Shown piece by piece: positions 39,659 through 50,481 of a DNA stretch of 64,000 bases (the first letter of the stretch is position 1; each line of letters starts with the position of its first letter). The stretch covers positions 544,001 to 608,000 of the forward strand of contig OY821645.1 of the NCBI GenBank assembly GCA_963682135.1, given 5' to 3'. Source of the DNA: Methanothrix sp. GTDB lineage: Archaea > Halobacteriota > Methanosarcinia > Methanotrichales > Methanotrichaceae. Below the pieces are notes generated by a model that was not told where the DNA came from, did not search any database, and saw only the letters and a list, made by a program, of their open reading frames with translations. Made by a program: the position numbers and the translations under genes.

Positions 39659-42511
39659 TTGTTGGAAAATTATTCGGCTAAGGAGATCGAGGCCAAGTGG
39701 CAGAAGACCTGGGAGGACAAAGCGGTCTTCCAGCCCGAGCCCGACTCCAGAACGAAGTTTTTTTTAACCATACCTTATCCTTATCTCAATGGAAATTTGC
39801 ATGCCGGGCATACGCGCACCTTTACGATTGGCGATGCTGTGGCGCGGTTCATGCGCATGCAGGGCAAGAATGTTCTCTTTCCCATGGCCTTTCATGCCAC
39901 GGGAACGCCCATCGTGGGCCTCAGCGAGCTTATCGCCAAGCGCGACCCGATGATCTGGGATGTTTACACCAAGCTGCACGGCATTCCTGAGGCGGAGCTC
40001 TCGGAATTGAATACGCCGGAGAAGATTGTGCTCTACTTCCGCAGGGAAGCGAAGCGGGCCATGCAGTCCATCGGCTACTCCATCGATTGGAGGCGGGAGT
40101 TCACCACCACCGATCCGGCTTACAGCAAGTTCATCGAGTGGCAGTACGGCATCCTGCGCCGCCTGGACTACGTGGTCAAGGGAAGCCATCCGGTGCGCTG
40201 GTGTCCGCATGATCGTAACCCTGTGGAGGATCACGACATTCTCAAGGGTGAAGACGCCACCATAATGGACTTCTCTCTGATCAAATTCCGCATGGGTGAC
40301 AAAATCCTGCCCTGCGCCACACTGCGCCCGGAGACGGTCTTTGGAGTGGTCAACCTCTGGCTAAATCCAGATGTCAATTATGTTCTGGCCAAAGTGAACG
40401 ACGAGACCTGGGTGGTATCCAGGGAGTCTTATGAAAAGCTGACCTTCACCGATCGCACCGTGGCCTTGGCCGGGGAGATCTCGGGAAAGGAGCTGATCGG
40501 CAAAAGGGTCACCAACCCCCTCACCGGTACCGAGGTTCTCGTGCTGCCCGCAGCGTTCGTAGACCCGGACAACGGCTCGGGAATCGTCATGTCCGTTCCA
40601 GCTCATGCGCCTTACGATTATCTGGCGCTCAAGGATCTCTACGGCAAGGACCTGAGCAATTACGGCATCACTGAGGACCTGAGAAATATCAAGTTCATAT
40701 CCCTCATCGAGTCGCCCGGTTATGGAGAGATGCCGGCGGTGGAAGCGGTAAATGAGCTTAAAGTCAAAGACCAGAATGATCCTAAAGCGGAAGATGCCAC
40801 CAAGATGGTCTATCGGCGCGAGTTTCACAACGGCGTTCTCAAGGCCAACACCGGCAAGTATGCGGGAACAGCGGTCAGCAAGATCAAGGACATTCTGCTG
40901 GCCGACTTAATCGAGCAGGGCATAGCCGAGATCTTCTATGAGTTTTCTGAGACGCCGGTCATCTGCCGGTGCGGCACGCGCTGCGTGATCATGATGGTGC
41001 GGGACCAGTGGTTCCTGGAGTACTCGGACCCGGAGTGGAAGGCCAATGTGATGCGCTGCCTGGCAGGCATGAAGATCATACCCGAGGAGTTTCGGGTGGA
41101 GTTCATCAACAAGGTGGACTGGCTCAAGGACAAGGCCTGCGCCCGCAGGAAGGGCCTGGGAACTCACCTGCCCTGGGACAAGGAGTGGCTCATTGAGTCG
41201 CTGGGCGACTCGACGATCTACATGGCCTACTACATCCTGGCCAAGTATGTGAACGCCGGGATGAAGATTGACAGCTTGCCGCCCGAGTTCTTCGAGTACA
41301 TCTTCATGAACAACGGCGACGCCACCGGCATAGCCGCTCTCACCGGCATCCCCCAAGAGACCGTGCAGCAGATTCACGACGATTTCGCCTACTGGTATCC
41401 GGTGGATCTGCGCACCTCTGGAAAGGACCTGGTGGCCAATCACCTGCTCTTCTTCCTCTACCATCATGTGGCCATCTTCCCGGAGAGGCTCTGGCCGCGG
41501 GCGATCGCGGTCAACGGCTTCGTCTCCCTGGAGGGGAAGAAGATGTCCAAGTCCAAGGGGCCGATTCTGACCCTGCGCCAGGCTGTGGCCGAAAACGGGG
41601 CTGATGTGACCAGGCTCTACATTTTGGGCAATGCGGAAGGAACGGCGGATGTGGATTGGAGAAACGATGCCGTGCAGACCGCTTATGCTCAACTGGAGAG
41701 GTTCTACAATCTGGCCCGAGAGATTTTGGCTGACAGCAGCATTGATGAGGCCGCTGAGAAGACGCTCATCGACCGCTGGATGCTCTCCCGGCTGCAGCGG
41801 CGCATCGCTGAGGCAACGGAGGCCCTAGAGGCCATCCAGACCCGGCGGGCTTTGCAGAGCGCCTTTTACCTGCTCTTCAACGATCTGCGCTGGTATCAGC
41901 GCCGGGGCGGCAAAAATCAACTTCGGGCAGTGCTCAGCGCCTGGGTGAGGATGATGGCGCCCTTTACGCCCCACGTTTGCGAGGAGATCTGGTGCTCCGG
42001 TCTGGGCGAGGGATACGCCTCGCTGGCGGCCTGGCCGGTGGCCGATGCCTCTCTCATCGACGAGAAGGCGGAGAAGGCGGAGGACCTCTTGGAACGCACT
42101 CTCAAGGACGTGCAGGAGATTGTGAGCGTAACCAAAGCCACGCCGGGGAAGATCACGCTCTACACTGCTCCTGCCTGGAAGAAGGAGATGCTGCGCCTGG
42201 CCGTAGCCGCTGCGCAGGGCGGCAAGCTGGACATGGGAGCGCTTATGAAGCAAGCCATGGCATCGCCGGAAATTGCGCCCTTCAAGAAGGATGCGCCCAA
42301 GTATGCCCAAAAGCTGGCCAAGGCGGCGCACTCGCTCTCGGCTGAGGCGCTGGGCCTTGACGAGTTCGAAACCCTGCAAAAGGAGAAAGCCTACCTGGCA
42401 ACAGCCTTCGGAGTGCCGGTGGAGGTCCGCTCAGCGGACGAGGCGGGAGAGGACCCCAAGGGCAAGAGCAAACAGGCGGAACCGGGGAGGCCGGCGATTT
42501 ATATTGAGTGA
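39659..42511 (+). CDS. leuS: Leucyl-tRNA synthetase (archaeal type)
   Basis: PYPYLNGNLHAGH, TLRPET, KMSKSKG and PGRPAIYIE; TTG start after a GGAGG RBS. Confidence 0.95.
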   Translation: MLENYSAKEIEAKWQKTWEDKAVFQPEPDSRTKFFLTIPYPYLNGNLHAGHTRTFTIGDAVARFMRMQGKNVLFPMAFHATGTPIVGLSELIAKRDPMIWDVYTKLHGIPEAELSELNTPEKIVLYFRREAKRAMQSIGYSIDWRREFTTTDPAYSKFIEWQYGILRRLDYVVKGSHPVRWCPHDRNPVEDHDILKGEDATIMDFSLIKFRMGDKILPCATLRPETVFGVVNLWLNPDVNYVLAKVNDETWVVSRESYEKLTFTDRTVALAGEISGKELIGKRVTNPLTGTEVLVLPAAFVDPDNGSGIVMSVPAHAPYDYLALKDLYGKDLSNYGITEDLRNIKFISLIESPGYGEMPAVEAVNELKVKDQNDPKAEDATKMVYRREFHNGVLKANTGKYAGTAVSKIKDILLADLIEQGIAEIFYEFSETPVICRCGTRCVIMMVRDQWFLEYSDPEWKANVMRCLAGMKIIPEEFRVEFINKVDWLKDKACARRKGLGTHLPWDKEWLIESLGDSTIYMAYYILAKYVNAGMKIDSLPPEFFEYIFMNNGDATGIAALTGIPQETVQQIHDDFAYWYPVDLRTSGKDLVANHLLFFLYHHVAIFPERLWPRAIAVNGFVSLEGKKMSKSKGPILTLRQAVAENGADVTRLYILGNAEGTADVDWRNDAVQTAYAQLERFYNLAREILADSSIDEAAEKTLIDRWMLSRLQRRIAEATEALEAIQTRRALQSAFYLLFNDLRWYQRRGGKNQLRAVLSAWVRMMAPFTPHVCEEIWCSGLGEGYASLAAWPVADASLIDEKAEKAEDLLERTLKDVQEIVSVTKATPGKITLYTAPAWKKEMLRLAVAAAQGGKLDMGALMKQAMASPEIAPFKKDAPKYAQKLAKAAHSLSAEALGLDEFETLQKEKAYLATAFGVPVEVRSADEAGEDPKGKSKQAEPGRPAIYIE

Positions 42512-42530
42512 AGCCTCCTCTTTACTCTTT

Positions 42531-43049
42531 TTATAGGTCAGCTAAGCTGAGAATTGAGCTTAAGTGGTTTGAATCTATTCTTAAATTTTTACAAATATTA
42601 AATAATGGAAAGTCCTGTGTTAATACACATGCACGATTATTTTTTGCACATAAAATTAATGATGAATCTGTAAAGCCGAATTTCCATGCATTCGAGCTTA
42701 AGTATTTATCGAAAAGGATTTCATTTTTTGATACGTAAACTTCATTAATTAGTTTAAAATATTTGTTATTAACATCGAATATTTCCTTTTTATCTTTTTT
42801 ATTACTAATATCATTATCTATAAGGTTCCATGCCTCTGAAAGAATTCCGGGAGTAATCAGCCGCTCCGCTGTGCAGTTCAAATACTGCTTTAAGATATCG
42901 TAATGTATCTTATTGCAGGGCATCCCTCCATATTTTATTCGTTTCATTTTAGGAATGTATTCCGGATCATAATTTCCTATGAGAAATAATAGAAGCGGAC
43001 CAGTATCGATTACTACTTTAGCAGGGACTTTGATCAATCTTTTCAACAT
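42531..43049 (-). CDS. PIN-domain protein
   Basis: VVIDTGPLLL, ILSEAWNL, FGFTDSSL and VLTQD; AT-rich. Confidence 0.85.
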   Translation of the reverse strand: MLKRLIKVPAKVVIDTGPLLLFLIGNYDPEYIPKMKRIKYGGMPCNKIHYDILKQYLNCTAERLITPGILSEAWNLIDNDISNKKDKKEIFDVNNKYFKLINEVYVSKNEILFDKYLSSNAWKFGFTDSSLILCAKNNRACVLTQDFPLFNICKNLRIDSNHLSSILSLADL

Positions 43050-43245
43050 CCATGATTTCTCCTTCATTATCCACGATTATCTTGAACTTTTTAGCTTCTT
43101 CATCAAACAAATCTTGAACCATGCAAATTACTATCCACTTATCACCGTCTCTTTTTACAGAAATAGTTTCAAAGATAAATTTTATAAGAGACTTCGTCTC
43201 TTCAAAATACCTCTTGGCAGCTATACCAGCATCTTTAGCATTCAT
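43018..43245 (-). CDS. Small protein coupled to the PIN gene, putative antitoxin
   Basis: 75 aa, overlaps the PIN start; preceded by a GAGGTG RBS; has a decayed paralog at 43604-43828. Confidence 0.7.
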   Translation of the reverse strand: MNAKDAGIAAKRYFEETKSLIKFIFETISVKRDGDKWIVICMVQDLFDEEAKKFKIIVDNEGEIMDVEKIDQSPC

Positions 43246-43315
43246 AATCTCACCTCAATATGGTCTCATTATGAGCTATACCTTTTTAAATTATCCCCAG
43301 AAATTGGAGAGGCAG

Positions 43316-43666
43316 ATGAATTCTGATGCCCATTATTGCTGCAGCGCAGGCAGGATGCGTGAAGGGAGGCATGATTTTATGGCTAGGGCAGGAGATGAGA
43401 TCCTGGTCATCAAGGATGTTCCGGCTCTCATCTGCGATACCTGCGGCGAGGTCGAATACGCGCTGGAGGTATCAAGAGAGATCGATGTGATCATGAAGGA
43501 TTTCTTCGCGGGACGGCTGCTGGCAAAGCCCCTGGCGGCGGGGGAGAATGGCATTCAAGCCCCAACGGGCGGATTCGATGGTATGTGCATAGTCTGGAAT
43601 GGTTCAGATGGGACTTTTGTCGAGCATTTCGACTTCCATGATTTCTCCTTCGCCATTCACGATTAG
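43316..43666 (+). pseudogene. YgiT/MqsA-type zinc-finger antitoxin, probably degenerate
   Basis: C..GRMREG...ILVIKDVPALICDTCGE; the natural stop appears lost and the frame reads into the next remnant. Confidence 0.65.
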
Positions 43667-43828
43667 TCTGAACTTTTTGTCTTCATCTTCAAATATCTTG
43701 GACCAAGCAGATGATCACCCAATTATCAGAATCTCTTTTGCGGAGACCATCCCAAAGATGAACTTGGTTAGGGTTTTGGTTTCTTGAAAATATTTCTTGG
43801 CGGAAATTGCGGCATCTTTGGCATCTAT
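43604..43828 (-). pseudogene. Frameshifted paralog of 43018-43245
   Basis: My translation: IDAKDAAISAKKYFQETKTLTKFIF...WVIICLVQD...KKFRLIVNGEGEIMEVE; ATA in place of ATG and two frameshifts. Confidence 0.8.
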
Positions 43829-44141
43829 GTCATCACTCTTGGTTCATTATGAGCAACACATTTATCAATTTCCCCAAAGATTGTGCAGAGAGACCTGAAT
43901 CATGCAATACTGCGCATGACCTGCCCAAGGGGCCCGTTTCCTGAGCGCGAAAGCAACGAGAGGCACGGACCACAAGCGCACACCCGCGAGGGCGCGCGTG
44001 CGGGCAGACGGTGGCACTAGAGGAGGGCTGCTCAGCGGCCACCGGTTGGAGCGGCTCAAATGACGAGGGTAGGCGAACGTAAATGGTGGAAGGCGATATG
44101 CAAAGAATAAATCTATAAATTTTTTTATATAGGTGATATGT

Positions 44142-47100
44142 ATGTCCGATCTAATAAAGGCTTTGGCTTCCAATATCGTCGTAAGAAAGCAATCAGCTTC
44201 AGAGCCTTATGTAATGCTACTCGGAGCAGGAGCATCAATAAATTCCGGCTGTTCTTCGATGAATCAAATCATAAACGATTTGCTCAGTACTCGTGAGCCA
44301 ACGCGATTTGCCGAATGGGAAAAGAAAATTAATGACGCTAACCTGGTTAATGCTCAATTCGGGGCCCTCCTAGAAAAAGATCTTGCGTCAGAAAAGGTTA
44401 CGCTATTTTATGATATATGGGGCCATCTTGATCGTGATTCTCAGTATTCAATACTAAGAAAGCATTTATGGGAAGGCAAAAGACCTTCAGAAGGTTATAT
44501 TATACTAGCGAATCTTATAAAAAATGGTTATGTAAAAATAATTTTAACAACAAATCTTGATAATTTACTTGAGAAATCCTTGAATAGTCTAGGATTATAT
44601 CAACCAGAAAATTTTATCGTTATCACAAATGGGAAAGATAAACCGGAGGAAATTCGAGAACAGATTGAATCCGAACGTATACCTTTTAAATTGATCAAAT
44701 TACATGGAAGTCTAGAATCGCCTCTGAGTTTCGCATTTACTCCTAGAGAAGTATTTGATTTTGAGACTGCTATCAAACCAAGCTTATCTAGAGTCATTAA
44801 TCAAAGCCTCATAATTATAGGCCATAGTATGCAGGATAGAGATATCGATATGCTCTTTGAAGAAGATGGAAAAGAGATATATTTTATTAAACCAAGCCCT
44901 CCTGAGCCGATTAGTAGAATGGATCTGATCTTAAGGGTGCGAGGATTAGGAAGCGTAATCAGTGGTGATGAAGGCAAATTTGATGATTTCTTAAAAGAAT
45001 TAATAAACTGCATAAACATGGAATTTGAGGAAAGAATTATATCAAATCTTGGCTCATCTATAGAAGAATTCCTACAAAAAATTGGATATGGTCATGAGCT
45101 CAAGGTGCCAAGAAGCCGTTTTAAAAACTTGCCCGAACTTTACGTAAAGCCGACAGAATATGATGAGATTTGCTCAAAATTAGATCGAGAACATATTATA
45201 TTTATAATAGGTGAACCACACCTTGGCAAAACCTATACAGCTCTTTATTTATTATGGGAGTACCATCAAAAGGGGTTTGAGCCATTGCATATAAGTCATG
45301 ACAAATTAATAGCCCTTTTGCACCAAAATGACGGGAATATAAAAAGTGTTTTTTTGAATTTATTTAGCAGCAACGAGGCAACTCCACGAATAGTCCATTT
45401 TGATGATCCATTTGGCGAAACTATGGAGCGTAGATCCGATGCTTTCACAAAAGAATTGGATCTATTCTTGAATCTAGCTCAGGAATTTGAGCATTTGAGG
45501 ATAATAGTAACAACAAGGTTGAATATATTTAGGGAGGCTCTACAAATTGTTCACAATTCTAAAAAAATAGAAAATTTGGAGAAAGATATTAGAGTACATA
45601 CATCATATCGACGAGACATTTTGCTTGATATCTTTCGTCGCTATTCTAAATTCTACAAGCCATTGTGGGCAAATGATAGCAAGATTGTTTTAATACTTGA
45701 TGAGAAGCTGCCTGAACTCCTCCCAGCCCCCCATAATATTGAATTTTTTGTCAGAACTTCAGAGAGACTAACTTCATTAGATGATGTATTGCGTCATGTT
45801 GATACTTCTAAAGAAATGATCAAAGCGCTAGGTGAATGGATGGCATCTCTGCCGGATTATGAACAAATATTCTTAATATGGCTGGAAGTCTGTTCAACGT
45901 CTGACGCCATTTTTATCAATATAAATCCTACCAAGATCAATTTAGAAGAGGAATATAACTCCACCCTAGCTCATATGTTCCTTAAAAAATCTTTATCAGG
46001 AATCCCTTCAAATCCATTCTCTCGTGCAATAGATAAATTTAATATGATCCTTTTAGAAAGTCACGACAATGGCGGTATTGTCAAAATAAATTTTATACAT
46101 CCCTCGTACCATGAGGCTTTTTGGTATGCAGTTAAGAGAGATCTTTCTTTGGCACGATGGTGGAAATTAATAAAAGAAAGTATTCTAGATATTACGCGAA
46201 GGATAGATCCAATTCAATTAGGAATGATAGAACGCTATGGTGCGATAAACAGAGATTTAAATCAGGTATTATTAATCTATGCGGAAAGCGACAACTTAGA
46301 CGAGCAGATGATTTCTTTAATGCATATGTCTAAGAAACTATCAGAGTTTATGGATTTGCCCCAATTTTTAAATAGCATAAATTCAATATTAAATAATGGT
46401 TCGTATATTCACAAGTATAATCTATTGACTATTATTGAAGAAGATCTCATACGGTTGCCACAAGAGATACAAATCAATTTAACACAATTAGCTTTCGACT
46501 CAAATTCCATAATTCGCGGCAAGACTGAAAACATTTTGATTAATAATCATAAAAAATTTAATCTAGAAGTTAAATCATCAGAAAAGTACCAAACATGGCA
46601 AACAATTAAGCAATTATATAGAAAATCAAAAGATTTCTTAAGAAAGAACGAAAAAATAAATAAAAGAACGTCAGGAGATGCGCCTTCAAAAGAGATACCT
46701 TTATTTCTCGAAGAAAAATCACTAACTTATAATGTAATTGATGAGTTAAAGGAATATTATGAAAATTATGATATCTTTTATTTGATAAATACATATCCAG
46801 ATATAAATATAGATACAATCATACTGAACAGATTTATTAATATGGATGCTAGAAATATTAAATACATATTTAGTATAGAATCTGCAGTGCATTTATCCTA
46901 TATCGCAAAATTGATAGTTAGAAACTATAAAAAGATACCATTGGATCATAAACAAATGCTCTTTAGCAGTTCGATTAAAGTATCAGATGCTATAAGTAAT
47001 TATTTGGATGAAGAATTTAAGAAGATAAATGAAGAGATACTATTAGAATTCTTATTGTTTCCTGGATTGGTGCAATATAATTTATTAACACTAATGATTT

Positions 47101-47504
47101 TGAATTTCGCTAAATTATCAGCTGAGACAAGACATATTGTATTCAAAATTATTAGAGACTCATCGAGTCAATGGATAGGGGGATCAATAGGCCAGTTGAC
47201 TATGAAAGGTAATAAGAATAAGATTAAAAGTACGTTGCCTTTAATCCATGAGATTATAGAACTTAAAAAAACCAATAAACGATTTATGGGTGCCTTTTTA
47301 GCGGAGATGGCACAAATGGACTACGATTCAGATCTTGTTTTAGCTAAGAATTTTAAACCGATTCTTTTGAGAATATCAATAGATCCAGAGATAGTCAAAT
47401 ATGCCGAAGAATGGATGGATTATCAAATGAATAATTTTTCCGCATTTAACAAAGAATATTGGCTAAATGTAAAAGGATATTTAAATAATATAAATCAAAT
47501 TTAA
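44142..47504 (+). CDS. SIR2-like NADase + STAND NTPase (nSTAND3-like) + helical-repeat sensor; Avs-like antiviral protein
   Basis: LLGAGAS, TTNLD, KLHGS and IIGHS.QD (SIR2_2); GEPHLGKT and HFDDPFG (NTPase); strongly AT-rich. Confidence 0.85.
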   Translation: MSDLIKALASNIVVRKQSASEPYVMLLGAGASINSGCSSMNQIINDLLSTREPTRFAEWEKKINDANLVNAQFGALLEKDLASEKVTLFYDIWGHLDRDSQYSILRKHLWEGKRPSEGYIILANLIKNGYVKIILTTNLDNLLEKSLNSLGLYQPENFIVITNGKDKPEEIREQIESERIPFKLIKLHGSLESPLSFAFTPREVFDFETAIKPSLSRVINQSLIIIGHSMQDRDIDMLFEEDGKEIYFIKPSPPEPISRMDLILRVRGLGSVISGDEGKFDDFLKELINCINMEFEERIISNLGSSIEEFLQKIGYGHELKVPRSRFKNLPELYVKPTEYDEICSKLDREHIIFIIGEPHLGKTYTALYLLWEYHQKGFEPLHISHDKLIALLHQNDGNIKSVFLNLFSSNEATPRIVHFDDPFGETMERRSDAFTKELDLFLNLAQEFEHLRIIVTTRLNIFREALQIVHNSKKIENLEKDIRVHTSYRRDILLDIFRRYSKFYKPLWANDSKIVLILDEKLPELLPAPHNIEFFVRTSERLTSLDDVLRHVDTSKEMIKALGEWMASLPDYEQIFLIWLEVCSTSDAIFININPTKINLEEEYNSTLAHMFLKKSLSGIPSNPFSRAIDKFNMILLESHDNGGIVKINFIHPSYHEAFWYAVKRDLSLARWWKLIKESILDITRRIDPIQLGMIERYGAINRDLNQVLLIYAESDNLDEQMISLMHMSKKLSEFMDLPQFLNSINSILNNGSYIHKYNLLTIIEEDLIRLPQEIQINLTQLAFDSNSIIRGKTENILINNHKKFNLEVKSSEKYQTWQTIKQLYRKSKDFLRKNEKINKRTSGDAPSKEIPLFLEEKSLTYNVIDELKEYYENYDIFYLINTYPDINIDTIILNRFINMDARNIKYIFSIESAVHLSYIAKLIVRNYKKIPLDHKQMLFSSSIKVSDAISNYLDEEFKKINEEILLEFLLFPGLVQYNLLTLMILNFAKLSAETRHIVFKIIRDSSSQWIGGSIGQLTMKGNKNKIKSTLPLIHEIIELKKTNKRFMGAFLAEMAQMDYDSDLVLAKNFKPILLRISIDPEIVKYAEEWMDYQMNNFSAFNKEYWLNVKGYLNNINQI

Positions 47505-47677
47505 GTTAGAAATCATGCAGCAGAAAACTGATTATCAAAATAACAAAACTTAAAGGCAAATTATCATTTATTGTTTTCCTACCACCAGCACCTAGAAAAA
47601 AAATGCCAGATGGAAACCAACTCCTCTCCTTCACCTCAGGCCGACCGGCCTCCTGCTTTCTGCAAGAGCGATTGCTA

Positions 47678-48300
47678 TGCAATCCATCCCGCCCTGGCGA
47701 CATCGCCGCAAGCTCTGACGGCCCGGCCCACGGGCAGCGGCCACGAGCCCGCCCGAGATGCCGAGACGCGGCGATGGGCTGACGGGGCGCGGCTGCCGGT
47801 GGCCCCGCAAGAATCGCCAAGCCGGTCTTCGTGCGTCCTTTGTGTCTTCGTGCCTTTGTGGTTGGCCCGTTGCTGCTTGGTTATAATTATCAGCTAATAA
47901 TAACCGCAAGTCGCCGCAGTTTCCAATAGTCCAGCCCCCTAAAAAGCCGCCCAGCCGGTTACCGGCTCCACCTGGCACGATCGCTTACCAGGCAATCCAG
48001 CCCGCCCGGATGACATTGCAGCAAGCCCGGGCGGCCCGGCCCGCAGGTGGCAGCCACAAGCCAGCCCGAAGAAACGACGCGACACGGGCGATGAGCTGAC
48101 CGGGCGCGGCTGCCAGCAGGCCCGCAAGGAATGCTAAACAGAAGATTGCCTTGGACTCTGCCAAAAGTCTCTGTGCCTCTGTGGTTCAGTTCGTAATTGC
48201 TTTGATTATCAGCTAATAGTAACCGCAAATCTTCATTATTTCTCAAAATCCAGCACCCACAAAGACCGCCTAATCGGAAGCCAGCTCAGCCCGACATCAG
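47678..48300 (+). repeat. GC-rich interspersed repeat, block 1 (two tandem units, second degenerate)
   Basis: Shares GCAAGAATCGCCAAG, CTTTGTG..CTTTGTGGTT, the TTATAATTATCAGCTAATAATAA core and AGCCGGTNACCGGCT with the other blocks. Confidence 0.9.
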
Positions 48301-48566
48301 GTCCGACCGCCATCCTACGCTCCTGAGCGAGCGCGTTTGCATATGGGGGCACCAGTCAGCAACGTAGCGCTGGATGGCAGGCCCAATGATGGCAAGGATG
48401 GATATATTCTGGCCTGACCGGAGCCCTTCATCAGTTATCAGATGATAATATATTATATAGTAATATTTATATTTAATATATACTAACTTAGATTAGGTAA
48501 ATCTTAAGAATCGTGTTTATAACTACATGTCAATGTTCTGTTCCGAGAATCGAGTGGTCAAGTCGA

Positions 48567-49679
48567 TCATGTCGCATCACTTTGAAAAAATTCTATCACA
48601 TTTGCCATTATGAAGAAGGAACTGCCAATGATACCTATTACCCCTTTAGGAGATAACTTTATGATTTTAAATATAAAATTTGTAAAATTAATTAGTATAT
48701 TCTCTGACATAGGTGATACATATGTCAAAATCTTTTCTAAAACAAAACCGATAATCAAATTGAAAACAAACCAAAACAATGATGATAAGAATAGATTCCA
48801 TAGTTCATAGCCATGAGGATTATTTAGATTTATATCCCAGATCATGTTGGATGGATCATCAATTTTAATGATAAAAATGAGTATATAAGAAATGATAAAT
48901 ATGGATGTCATAGACACAGTTGCGATGTAACTTTTTATTATAACAAAGGTTGAATAATTTATTTTTAAATTTCTAATTACAGCATTATGTAACAGTTTGA
49001 ATAACTTAAAATATATAATACCTAATAATAAATAAAAAGAAAATCCTATTAAAATAGGGAGGATAACTGAGCACGCATTAATTGAAATATCACCTAGGAT
49101 CGTATTATATATCAGATCCAATGATATATGAAATTTGTATATTATCAAAAAATTTATGAAATAAATAGTTATTAGCCAAAAAACCGTCCTAATATACGTA
49201 TTTATAAATATAGATACAATTCTTTTATATTTTTGAAATATTAAAAATCTTGAAATTAAACAATTAGATAGATAATTTAATGCAAAATACAATATAAAAC
49301 AAATTATTGAATATAAAATAAACATCTCTGAATCTATTGCACCTCTCGGCTTAACTCCAAAATTGTTTAATAATTCTGGTAATGAACTTTTGTAAACTGC
49401 AAAATTCATCATCAATCCTAATACAAAAATCGTTAATAGCCTACTAATATCAGGCGCTTCCCTATTCATTCGGTTGAAAACCAACCTAGTAAAATGATCT
49501 GCTCTCTCATTAAGGCTGTCGATTTGACGTTTATTCAAAAAAAACTCTAGGCCCATCAATAGCCCTGCAAGTAGATTTAATAATATGCGTATTTGGTCCA
49601 ATGACAGAAATGGCATGTTTGACGGATCTAGAATATCTTCCCGTATAAAAAGGATCCGAAAACAGTCCTGGTTTACCAT
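48567..49679 (-). CDS. Very AT-rich polytopic membrane protein (likely start 49616)
   Basis: About 8 hydrophobic segments; lies between repeat blocks. Confidence 0.65.
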   Translation of the reverse strand: MVNQDCFRILFIREDILDPSNMPFLSLDQIRILLNLLAGLLMGLEFFLNKRQIDSLNERADHFTRLVFNRMNREAPDISRLLTIFVLGLMMNFAVYKSSLPELLNNFGVKPRGAIDSEMFILYSIICFILYFALNYLSNCLISRFLIFQKYKRIVSIFINTYIRTVFWLITIYFINFLIIYKFHISLDLIYNTILGDISINACSVILPILIGFSFYLLLGIIYFKLFKLLHNAVIRNLKINYSTFVIIKSYIATVSMTSIFIISYILIFIIKIDDPSNMIWDINLNNPHGYELWNLFLSSLFWFVFNLIIGFVLEKILTYVSPMSENILINFTNFIFKIIKLSPKGVIGIIGSSFFIMANVIEFFQSDAT

Positions 49680-49789
49680 TATATAAATATTTTGATTTTC
49701 TAATATTCGGCCATATTCTCAACTCAAGAGGCAACCATGCAGCTTAATGTCCAACTTCCAACGCGTCCTAGTGCAGGCAAGTTCCCAAC

Positions 49790-50410
49790 AAACGAACCCA
49801 CCTGGCGACTGCATCGCAGTCCACCGCACAGCCCGGTCCACTGGCAACTGCCATGGGACCAAGCCCGAGGCGCGGCGATGGGCTGACGGGGCACGTCTAC
49901 CGGTGGCCCCGCAAGAAGCGTCAAGCCGTTATTTGTGCGTCCTTTGTGAGCTTCGTGTGCTTTGTGGTTTAGCCCGTAGCTGCTAGATTATAATTATCGG
50001 CTAATAATAACCGCAAGTCACCATCGTTTCCAATAGTCCAGCCCCCCTGAAATCCGCCCCGCCGGTGACCGGCTCCACCTGGCACGAGTGCTTGCCATGC
50101 AATCCAGCCTGCCCGGACGACATCGCAGCAAACCCGGACGGCCCGGCCCACAGGTGGCGAAAGAGTGTCCCCTCTCATCGAAGACTTCGCGGCTTCGCGC
50201 CTTCGCGTGAGCCCGTGATCTTTGGCCCGACCGGCCTCCAGCGCCCCCGAGCACGCGCGTGCAGGCAGGCCCACCCGGCGAGCACAGCCCAGCGCGCTCC
50301 GGCCCAACTGGCAGCAGCCACGAGCCCGCCCGAGGCAACGACGCGATGCGGGCGATGGGCCAACGGGGCGCGGATGCCGATGGCCTCGCAAGAATCGCCA
50401 AACTGCAGAG
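49790..50410 (+). repeat. GC-rich interspersed repeat, block 2
   Basis: Core at 49986-50012, same orientation as block 1. Confidence 0.9.
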
Positions 50411-50481
50411 CCACATAAACAAGTTCTATGAAAATGAGATCCGAGAAAAGCCGTCAGGAGCGCCAGTACCGGTTAACAATG

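Noticed and set aside
38366-42379. Long antisense ORFs over dapL and leuS (similar ones over the CHAT and radical SAM genes)
   Set aside because: These are shadow ORFs expected from GC-rich codon usage, with no recognisable motifs.
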